From positions 116,040-180,039 of the forward strand of contig CAVWLW010000001.1 in NCBI GenBank assembly GCA_963755715.1: 64,000 nt of DNA. Reading direction: 5' to 3'. Source of the DNA: an uncultured delta proteobacterium (GTDB lineage Bacteria; Desulfobacterota; Binatia; UBA9968). Shown piece by piece: positions 40,360 to 48,736 of this stretch (positions within the stretch are counted from its first letter, which is position 1; each line of letters begins with the position of its first letter). The translations under genes and the position numbers were made by a program. Under the pieces are notes generated by a model that saw nothing but the letters and a program-made list of their open reading frames with translations, was not told where the DNA came from and searched no databases.

Positions 40360-41157
40360 TCAGACCGGGAAGTGAACGCCCCAGAAGAGACGCACCTCGA
40401 GGTCGTCCGCCATGTTGCTGCCGTGCGTCCCACGCCCCGTCGACGGATCGATGTGCGTGCCGTGATCTGACACGAATGCAACGGCGTGTGACGTGGTTGC
40501 CCACCGGTCGCGCGCCGCGCGAGCGACGCGATCGAAGTTGCGTACGTGGTTGGCCATCGCGCGCAGGGCCTCTGGACTCCGTGGTACCGTGGCGTGCATC
40601 TTGTCGTCGTACTCCTGCTGGTACGCCAGAATGAAGTCATGCTGGTCCGCTGCGACGAGATTGAGCGTCCGCTCAATAACCTCCTCGTCGTAGGTCTCGG
40701 TGAAGTAGTCAATCCTCCGACTCCGGAAGATCAGATCGATTGAGGAGTTCTCCACGGCCACGATGGCGACACGGCGGCCGGCCCGCGAGAGCGCGTCGAA
40801 GAGGGTGTCGCAGGTCAGCGTCGGCCTTTCGGACTTGCGGATGCCATGGGTGTCCGGAGGGGCGCCCGTGAACATCGATGCGAAGCAGACGGGTGTGACC
40901 GAGGGCATCACGGCGCATGCTTCAACCGATGTTGGTGCGTGGCGCGCGACCGGCTCAAAGGCCTCCGCGTATGAGCGGACCAGGTGCGCACCGATCGCGT
41001 CGGCTGCGAACACGAGTGCCTTCGTCACGGTTCGACGCGCCGCGAACGCAGCGACCTCGCTGAATGGGGGCGCGACGCAATCGGCCGGTCTGGGAATCCC
41101 GAAGAGGTCACATACAGTGCTCGTCACCGACGCCACGTCAAGCATGCCTCGCATCAT
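40360..41157 (-). CDS. alkaline phosphatase superfamily (nucleotide pyrophosphatase-like) protein
   Basis: FAADAIG, PSVTPVCFASMFTG..P..HG, YDD.MH, SDHG, HG. Confidence 0.8.
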   Translation of the reverse strand: MMRGMLDVASVTSTVCDLFGIPRPADCVAPPFSEVAAFAARRTVTKALVFAADAIGAHLVRSYAEAFEPVARHAPTSVEACAVMPSVTPVCFASMFTGAPPDTHGIRKSERPTLTCDTLFDALSRAGRRVAIVAVENSSIDLIFRSRRIDYFTETYDEEVIERTLNLVAADQHDFILAYQQEYDDKMHATVPRSPEALRAMANHVRNFDRVARAARDRWATTSHAVAFVSDHGTHIDPSTGRGTHGSNMADDLEVRLFWGVHFPV

Positions 41158-41601
41158 CTCGGATTCCGGCGGAGGGAGCAAGGGGTCCCGGCACCCGGGT
41201 CGACGTCGCCCGTCGCTCCGAAGCGCGCTAACCCATGCACACGAGGTATGCTGGGCGCCACTGGCAACCTAACTAACGTGGAATATACATCTTGCTACAG
41301 CCGACGAACAGGCTACCTTGTGAGACCAGCCGACCACGCTGTTACTTCAATAGAGGGGCCGATGTCCAGCTCTGTCCGCAGTTCGGTGCCGAAGTTGACA
41401 TAAGACCCCATGTCGGATACGCCCCGCCCAAAAATACAGCTGTGAGGTTGGTTCGCTCTTTGCGGCGGCGCGTTTCGGCTCTTAAGGCCGGGGTGGCGGG
41501 CGATCGTCGTCGGAATTTTTAAATTCTTGGTGGCGGACCTTCAAAAGCAAATTCCTATCAGTAATTTCTATCAGTTTGAATCGTCTAATCGAAAGGTTGG
41601 T

Positions 41602-42451
41602 ATGAGAGCGCGATTGTTAACAATCACGGGACTGGTGATATTATCTTTGCTCACCGCGATTTCCGAGGCGGATCAACCGTCAAGCAAAGCTTCAAACGTA
41701 GTTCCGGTTTATCAACCCAAGCATTATCCTTTTGACGGGGGCGAGAGATTGGTTTATCACGCCAGTTGGAATGGGCTGTTCTCCGTGGCAACCGCCACGG
41801 TTCATACAACGTCGGAATGGGTCGATGGCCAAAAATTTTACAACGTTCGCGTCGAAGCGAGTTCATCAAAGCTCTTGGACTTCATCTGGAAAATGCGGGA
41901 CACGATCACATCAAAAATAAATGCCAATGGCCTTACGCCGACGCATTTCACGTTCAGCCAGAGAGAAAATCGCAAAGTCATTGATACCGTCGCGAGTTTT
42001 GACCGGACCACGAAAACATGGTCGGTGCAATCGAGATGAGCGAGAGAAGGTTAAACGCTATCAGTTCGATCAACCGAACAATACGCTCGACGTGATCACG
42101 GCCGTTTACCTTGCCAGAAGCCTAGACTTCAAAGTGGGCGACCATCTTTATTTTCATATCTTCGGCGGAAAGTACCGCTATCTGTTGGATTTACAAGTGG
42201 AATGTAAGGAAACTATCCGACTCAAGTCCGGCAATATCGAAGCGTTTAAGTTCGTTCCGAGGATTGAGGATGTTCTGCAAGAGGGATACGCAACAAGATT
42301 GAATGAAGCGGCTGTTTGGATATCCGCCGATGAGCGTCGCCTGCCGGTCATGCTCAAAGGCAAGATTATTTTCGGCAGCGTCTACATTGAAATCTCGGAT
42401 GATAGCGCTCCGATCCAGACATTTTCGGAAAAGAACTCCCGATCTTCGTAA
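41602..42451 (+). CDS. DUF3108-like exported protein, frameshift near 42030
   Basis: signal peptide; PF..GERL.Y, LDVITAVY.AR, E.I....G...A.K, VWISADERRLPV. Confidence 0.75.
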
Positions 42452-42524
42452 CTCTGCCCGTTTCAACACTATTCCCGCCCTTCGCGGTATTAAAATGAAC
42501 CCGGTCCTAAAGAAAAATTTCGCG

Positions 42525-42690
42525 GTCTTCCCCGTCCTGGATTGGATTGCGACTCTCGCCGCGCACATCCCCGACAAAGGCGAGCAACTGCTCCGGTACT
42601 ATGGCTACTACAGCAATGTGTCGCGGGGAAAAAGAAAAAAGCAAAAGCCCGAAGAGAAAACCGAGATTCGTCCGATCGACGCGCCGCCGA
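42525..42690 (+). mobile_element. IS91-family transposase C-terminal fragment
   Basis: LDWIATLAAHIPDKGEQLLRYYGYYSNVSRGKRKK. Confidence 0.8.
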
Positions 42691-42738
42691 TCTACTGGGC
42701 ACCTCGTGTTTCAGCCCACACGCTGTACTTTACCCCTT

Positions 42739-43704
42739 TTAGCTCGCCGGTATCTCTGGTTGCCGTGAATCATAGCGAACCCAACGACTAAATGGGCTGA
42801 TTTCCTTGTCAAAGATAAATTTGAGCACGAGTCGCGTATAGGACTGGTAGGCAAATAAGGTCCGGTAAAATTCAGGAGCCATGCGGTAAAGCTGCGGCAG
42901 TCTGCTCCACGCGACCATGGGAAAGTCATGATGTTCATTATGAAATCCCATATTGAACATCACCCAATTGAGCGGGCCATAATACGAATAGGTCTCTTGC
43001 TGTTTGCCCATAACATCATAGTGCTCTTGAATCCAGCGGCCGCCTAACGGATGCAACCCCAAAGCAAAGAATGTCGAGAGGAGCAAATACATCAGTCCAC
43101 CCCACCCTACATACAACCAGAGCCAGTAACTCACCCCTAACTGCAAGGCGATATTGGTAAACACCCACGGGTCGACAAACGATTGGCCCGGAACCTTTAG
43201 TGGCCGCAAGGCTTGCGAGACAGACAACAAAGCGAGCCACAGCGACTTGCGCAGAGGACCATGACCAATCAGCCGGCCTTCAAATTGGCTCACCACGTCC
43301 GGATCCATCGTTATTTTATTTAGGTGTTGGTGATGCAAAAGATGATACTTTCTGAAACTCATAGCGCTGGGGATAATTAAGGCAAAATCACAACTGAGGC
43401 CGGCAAGCTTGTTTAACACTGGTATTGCGAAAATTAAGTTGTGCGTTGCCTCATGCATTAACACATACAACCCATGATTGAGAACCGCGCCAGCAAGATA
43501 AGCCACAGGCAAAATCACGTACCACGGCTGATCGCAAAGCAGCCAGGCCACTGTCCATTGCAGAGCGACCAGCCCGACAATGAGGAGGGCTGACAGAGGA
43601 TAAGGGCCAAACAATACCTTCACCTCGGGATAATGTTTAATGATGTCTTTACGGCGTTGGGTGTGAACCTGCTCAGACTGTCCGTTGATGGTGAAGGAAT
43701 CCAT
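42739..43704 (-). CDS. sphingolipid delta-4 desaturase/hydroxylase-like (DEGS-type) membrane desaturase
   Basis: N-terminal H..RRK.II..YPEVK.LFG; His boxes HEATH, HLLHH, HNEHHDFP; GLHP..GRWIQEH, ETYSYYGPLN. Confidence 0.85.
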   Translation of the reverse strand: MDSFTINGQSEQVHTQRRKDIIKHYPEVKVLFGPYPLSALLIVGLVALQWTVAWLLCDQPWYVILPVAYLAGAVLNHGLYVLMHEATHNLIFAIPVLNKLAGLSCDFALIIPSAMSFRKYHLLHHQHLNKITMDPDVVSQFEGRLIGHGPLRKSLWLALLSVSQALRPLKVPGQSFVDPWVFTNIALQLGVSYWLWLYVGWGGLMYLLLSTFFALGLHPLGGRWIQEHYDVMGKQQETYSYYGPLNWVMFNMGFHNEHHDFPMVAWSRLPQLYRMAPEFYRTLFAYQSYTRLVLKFIFDKEISPFSRWVRYDSRQPEIPAS

Positions 43705-43851
43705 AGGAATAGGAATTTTATACCCCTTTTTTCTGAGCTGAGATATAGCGCCAGTGCGCCGAGCCCGTCAAGCACAGCCGAGAACGCTATAAAAAAGGTA
43801 AAAAAACCAGCGTATTTTATCGAAGGTCTTCAGGCAGGTAAACGGAACGCT

Positions 43852-44847
43852 TCATGATCGGCGTTCTTTAACCTCTTTCAGCTTGAGTCCCGGCTGCACA
43901 AAATCAGGAAACATCGGCCGGAGATTTTTGCTCGGCGGTCCTTGCGGTGAAAGCCGACACCACTGATCGGGATAGCGCCGCACCATGTCTTCCAAATGAC
44001 GAGTAAACAGGGCCAGATTTGCAGCAACATCCTCCTGCAGGTCTCCTGTCTTGACGAGATCGATTTCAGGGCTGATACGAAGGGTCAGACGATCCTCAGC
44101 GTCCCGCGTGACACACATAGGAACAACCGCCGCGCCCGCGCGTAAAGCCAGGGTCACGGGACCACGGCGAACATAGACAGCGGAACCCAAAAACTGCGTG
44201 TTTACTTTCCCAGATTTAAACACATCCGGGAGGAGAAGAACCACTTCGTTCCGCCTTAATGCGCCGAGGATTTGTCGGGCCGCCTGCCTGCGCGGCTTAG
44301 CCGATATCGTTTTTACCCCAGCCTTCGCTCTGTAGCCGTCAAGCAAACGGGCTAATCTTTGGTCTGGCGGGTGCTTGACTAAAATGCTGAAGGGGTATCC
44401 CGCCGCGGCAAGACGGGGACCAATCATAGTAAAATTTCCTAAATGAGCGCCGAGCGCGATCACCCCCTTGCCCTTTTCCAAAGCCCGTTTCAAATACTCC
44501 TCGCCCTCAATAGCAACGCTGGCACATATCATGTCTCTGGAGGTATAAAGCGTGCAGGCAGTCTCATAAAGTCCCTGGACAAAATTCCTCCAGGCCATAC
44601 GAGCCAGAGTCTTTCTCCTCTCCACCGGTAAGAATTCGTCGCTCAAAGCCATGGAGACATTCTCTTCCATCAGTTTTCGGTATGTCCATAAAATAGCGAA
44701 AGTCAGGCGGACGGTCGCCGACGTCATGAGGACGAGCAGGCGGTGAGGGATCCTCGGAACGAGGAAGATAATTGCCCTCAGGCAATATTCCGCTGTTCGG
44801 TACAGTAACCAATAGAGAAATTTCTTGAAGGGAAAACGGTCCTTCAT
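43852..44847 (-). CDS. LpxL/HtrB-family (lysophospholipid) acyltransferase, C-terminus possibly damaged
   Basis: GKGVIALGAHLGNF, FLG, GP..LA, RRYPDQW. Confidence 0.8.
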   Translation of the reverse strand: MKDRFPFKKFLYWLLYRTAEYCLRAIIFLVPRIPHRLLVLMTSATVRLTFAILWTYRKLMEENVSMALSDEFLPVERRKTLARMAWRNFVQGLYETACTLYTSRDMICASVAIEGEEYLKRALEKGKGVIALGAHLGNFTMIGPRLAAAGYPFSILVKHPPDQRLARLLDGYRAKAGVKTISAKPRRQAARQILGALRRNEVVLLLPDVFKSGKVNTQFLGSAVYVRRGPVTLALRAGAAVVPMCVTRDAEDRLTLRISPEIDLVKTGDLQEDVAANLALFTRHLEDMVRRYPDQWCRLSPQGPPSKNLRPMFPDFVQPGLKLKEVKERRS

Positions 44848-45257
44848 CTCGGCCGGACTATCTGTGAGCCTTTCGACACTTTTTGACACATTTGACGATT
44901 GTTCGTCAACGACACGACGCGTGATTTCTAAACAAATGGCTCTGTCGAATTATCGATGGCGCGAGACATTGTGTGCCTGATGAGCGCGAGGATATCTAAC
45001 GTAAATCTTTTATGACCACTGAGTGGAATTGGGATACGTCTGTCTCAATATTTCCAGCGTCGCCGCCCAAAATTGGGACCTTACTTGGGTTTATCGTTTA
45101 CCAGGTTTACTTGAATGAAGATGAAGACGATGTTACAAGGAAAAAATTTGCCGGATGTGGAGGTTGTAATTTCGCTCATCGGAAGGAGCTGTGGGTTGTA
45201 ATCCCGGTTGCGTCTCAGCGCTTCCCGGCTTGGGTTTCCGGCGAGTAAGCTCCTGCC

Positions 45258-46400
45258 GTGCGTACCGCTGCCGAATCCGTAAGAATCGTCCCGGTAAGTG
45301 ACTCGCGCGACATGCGCCGGTTCATTCGCGTGCCTTGGTCGGTCTATGCCGACGACCCAACATGGGTCCCGCATTTGTTGCTAGAGCGACGCGAGCAGTT
45401 TTCTCCCCGCAACCCATACTTCGCGCACGCGCGCTGCTGTTTTTGGCTTGCCTACCGTGGGACCAGGCCAGTCGGTCGGATCAGCGCCCAGATTGATGAA
45501 TTACACGAAGAGCGGTATCGGGATGCCACCGGATTTTTCGGGTTCCTCGAGGCCGAGAATGAGGCGGGGACGTTTCACGAACTGTTGAGTACGGCTGAAG
45601 TCTGGCTGCGTGACCAGGGCATGTTGCGAATCCGCGGCCCGTTCAACTTTTCCATCAACCAGGAGTGCGGGCTTCTTGTGGACGGTTACGACACGCCCCC
45701 AATGATTATGATGGGTCACTCCCGCCCGTACTATGCCGCTCGGCTGACAGCCGAGGGATACCAGGGCGTAAAGGACTTGTTGGCCTATCGTCTCTCCACC
45801 CATTTCACTCCCCCCGAGTTCATGAAGGCCGTTTTGAACAAAGCCGCTGGCCGTGCACGGGTCAGGCCGCTGCACAAATCACAGTTGAATGAGGACCTCG
45901 AAATTATCAAGGACATTTTCGAGGATGCCTGGTCCACAAACTGGGGATTCATTCCATTCACCAAAGACGAGGTTCGGCATCTAGGCTACAACTTGCGACT
46001 GCTAGTCGATGACGATGCCGTGCAAATTGCGGAAGTGGACGGGCTGCCGGCCGCGATGATCGTAGCCTTGCCGAACTTAAATGAAGTGATACGAGACCTG
46101 CAGGGACGTTTGCTTCCATTTGGCTGGCTCAAGCTCTTGTGGCGGCTGAAAGTGAAATCTCCGAAGACGGCTCGCGTTGTCCTGATGGGAGTGCGCAAAC
46201 GTTTTCAACGAAGCCCGCTTGGAGCCGCGCTGGTTTTCCTGCTTATTGATGCCGTGCGCGGTTATGGAATTAGGCGCGGAGTTCAGGAAGTTGAACTGTC
46301 CTGGATTCTGGAAGATAACATGCCGATGCGGAATATACTCACAATGGTCGGAGGCGTCCCGTACAAACGCTACCGTATTTATGAAAAGGCACTCAGATGA
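45258..46400 (+). CDS. YghO/bacterial ceramide synthase (bCerS)-like GNAT acyltransferase
   Basis: F..VPW..Y.DDP.WVP, NPYF.HA, VGRISAQID, GFFGFLEA, GPF..SINQECGLLV.G, AWSTNWGFIP, LPFGW, ELSWILEDN. Confidence 0.75.
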   Translation: MRTAAESVRIVPVSDSRDMRRFIRVPWSVYADDPTWVPHLLLERREQFSPRNPYFAHARCCFWLAYRGTRPVGRISAQIDELHEERYRDATGFFGFLEAENEAGTFHELLSTAEVWLRDQGMLRIRGPFNFSINQECGLLVDGYDTPPMIMMGHSRPYYAARLTAEGYQGVKDLLAYRLSTHFTPPEFMKAVLNKAAGRARVRPLHKSQLNEDLEIIKDIFEDAWSTNWGFIPFTKDEVRHLGYNLRLLVDDDAVQIAEVDGLPAAMIVALPNLNEVIRDLQGRLLPFGWLKLLWRLKVKSPKTARVVLMGVRKRFQRSPLGAALVFLLIDAVRGYGIRRGVQEVELSWILEDNMPMRNILTMVGGVPYKRYRIYEKALR

Positions 46401-46469
46401 GTAGCGGACTGTTGTTGTAAGAAAAAAAGCGGCTGAGCTACTCAATTTGTGAATAAAAAGAGAACGCAG

Positions 46470-47201
46470 ATGGATACCTCCAAGACAGCCGACGTACGTG
46501 TCAATGATAGTTTTTTAGCGCCGCTGGAACGACCGGCGCTGCAATGGCTATGTAAACACATGCCTGCATGGATGACTCCCGACATCCTCACTGTGATTGG
46601 CGTCATTGGCGGGGTAGTCATGGCGGCTGCGTACTGGTTGTGTAACGTGAATAAAAATTTCTTATGGATCGTCGATCTTGGCCTTGTGATCAATTGGTTC
46701 GGAGATAGTCTCGATGGCTCTTTGGCACGATACCGCAAAATCGAACGTTTCAAGTACGGCTATTTTGTCGATCATACTGTCGATATCACGACGCAAACCA
46801 TAGTCCTGCTTGGCTTGGGAGCATCTCCCTTTGTTCACTTCAGTTACGCGCTGCTAGCGCTCGTTGGTTATTTGCTCCTCGGGATTTTAACGTATATCAA
46901 CACCGCCGTATCCGGAGTGTACAAAATTTCCTACGGCAAGATCGGCCCCACAGAAGTTCGCGTGTTCCTCGTCGGCCTGAATGCCATATTCTATTTCGCC
47001 AGTAATCCGCTGATTCATATGGGCAGTGTGAGCATTTTCTTTTTTGATGCTATCGTGTTGTGTGTTGCCATAGCCTTTTTTCTCAATTTCCTGGGCTTTA
47101 CCTTGCGGAGGATGAGGGAACTCAATGTTCAAGATCCTCCCAAAGTGAACCCCTTGCAGTCGCAATCTTACCAACCTGGCGTTTCAAGAAAAGTGGTGTG
47201 A
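46470..47201 (+). CDS. CDP-alcohol phosphatidyltransferase (YnjF-like)
   Basis: WFGDSLDGSLAR...YGYFVDH..D signature; GPTEVR. Confidence 0.9.
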   Translation: MDTSKTADVRVNDSFLAPLERPALQWLCKHMPAWMTPDILTVIGVIGGVVMAAAYWLCNVNKNFLWIVDLGLVINWFGDSLDGSLARYRKIERFKYGYFVDHTVDITTQTIVLLGLGASPFVHFSYALLALVGYLLLGILTYINTAVSGVYKISYGKIGPTEVRVFLVGLNAIFYFASNPLIHMGSVSIFFFDAIVLCVAIAFFLNFLGFTLRRMRELNVQDPPKVNPLQSQSYQPGVSRKVV

Positions 47202-48703
47202 CACAACGGAGCGTTTCGCGGATGGGAGTGGCAGGTATCACAAGGGCCGTTCTTTTGGCTGTGAATACGGCCCCTACTGAGGCAACGTATGACGCCGTCT
47301 ACGGTGGGGAACCGCTATTGACCCGCGCTTTGGTTGCTCTGTCGAAGGCAGGGATACGATCCGTATGGATAATTTGTCATGAAGGACACCGTGAAAAGAT
47401 TGCTACGCTAATCGGGAAGGCACGAACCCGCGTTGCGCTGGATTATGACATTTCTCCGATCCGTACTGGTGAGACACTTTCTGAGGTAGTGTCCGGTCTC
47501 GTCGAACAGTGGGATACGTCTTTTTTGCTCTTCGAAACTAATAAAGTTGTCCATCCGACATTTTTTGCGCAGGTGGCCCAATTTGCCGCATCACCAAAAC
47601 CGGTGCTCGTTGTCTATAAACATGTATGGTTGAATGAAGGTAAGGTCGCTTTCGAGAGTGCATTCCCGGACAAATTCAAAGTGATATTTGCCCACCCGGA
47701 GTCCTTTACCAAGATTGCGCTTGATAAAAGCGTTTTCCAGAGCAACACCTTCGATGTCGCACCACCTCATCCGGTAGAAGTCTCTCCCACCCTCTCCAAT
47801 GGCATCTTCAGTACCGATGTGGTTGTTTGTCATCGCGTTCATTTGCAACACCTTTCATGCAGCAATGTTGCTGATCTGATCCAGCACTGGCACAAGCAGC
47901 AACTCCTCAGGCTGGGGTTCGTCGAAAATGTTTGGTGGCTGCCGGTTACTGGAAGAGAATCGCAAGAGGACCGGACTGAATTTTTTTGGCGTATTGCCTT
48001 CAAAGAAATTAGTGGGGAATTTTCCAAACTGGTCAACTCCCACCTCTCCAAACCCTTGACGTTCTTGTTTGTGCGTTTTGGCTTCAGCCCAAACGCTATT
48101 AGCATCCTGGAACTCAGCTTATTCCTCGTCTCCTCTGCTTTTCTGCTCATACCGCAGTACTGGGCAATGCTGGTGTTTGCCGTTGTGTGGCAGTTTTCTG
48201 CCGGGGTGTTAGACCGGTGTGATGGTGAGGTCGCGCGCATCCGCAATTATGAATCGGAAGCCGGAGCACGGTTCGATATGCTCATTGACGACCTCCGCTT
48301 TGCGCTTCCGTTGGTATTTTTGACCATCGCGTGTTATCGCGAATCGCATCGCGATCTGACGTATCTTGTCGTCGCGGTGGCAACGGCCGCGTGGTATAGC
48401 ACTGCCGTCTTTTATCAAAATCGCTTTTTGCGGCGAGCCGGATACGTGAGCATCCAAACTATGGGCGTCGACTTTTTGAAAACGCAGGCGGAGACCCGTT
48501 GGTTCTCTGTGTTTCGGAGAATTCAGCCGTTTACGAAAGGCGACATTCGTACGTTTTATATCTTTCTGGCAACCTTCCTGGGCAACAAATCGGTCCTCTT
48601 CTGGATGCTGGTTGCCTATGCGTGGCCGTTGGGCGCGTCGTATTTTTTTACCGTTGTAAAATTTCGTCACTCATCCGCCAGCGCTCCAGCCAGCATCGCC
48701 TGA
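47198..48703 (+). CDS. degenerate nucleotidyltransferase-like domain fused to CDP-alcohol phosphotransferase
   Basis: N-terminal GGEPLLTR..L...GI; C-terminal SPN, LDRCDGEVAR...S..GARFD...D. Confidence 0.8.
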   Translation: MTQRSVSRMGVAGITRAVLLAVNTAPTEATYDAVYGGEPLLTRALVALSKAGIRSVWIICHEGHREKIATLIGKARTRVALDYDISPIRTGETLSEVVSGLVEQWDTSFLLFETNKVVHPTFFAQVAQFAASPKPVLVVYKHVWLNEGKVAFESAFPDKFKVIFAHPESFTKIALDKSVFQSNTFDVAPPHPVEVSPTLSNGIFSTDVVVCHRVHLQHLSCSNVADLIQHWHKQQLLRLGFVENVWWLPVTGRESQEDRTEFFWRIAFKEISGEFSKLVNSHLSKPLTFLFVRFGFSPNAISILELSLFLVSSAFLLIPQYWAMLVFAVVWQFSAGVLDRCDGEVARIRNYESEAGARFDMLIDDLRFALPLVFLTIACYRESHRDLTYLVVAVATAAWYSTAVFYQNRFLRRAGYVSIQTMGVDFLKTQAETRWFSVFRRIQPFTKGDIRTFYIFLATFLGNKSVLFWMLVAYAWPLGASYFFTVVKFRHSSASAPASIA

Positions 48704-48736
48704 AGCGGCTGTTGTCTGACGGCGACCGTATACACT

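Noticed and set aside
45012-45248. Possible remnant of the serine palmitoyltransferase C-terminus upstream of the bCerS-like gene
   Set aside because: Only a faint resemblance (FAHRKEL..IP) with no PLP-binding motif.
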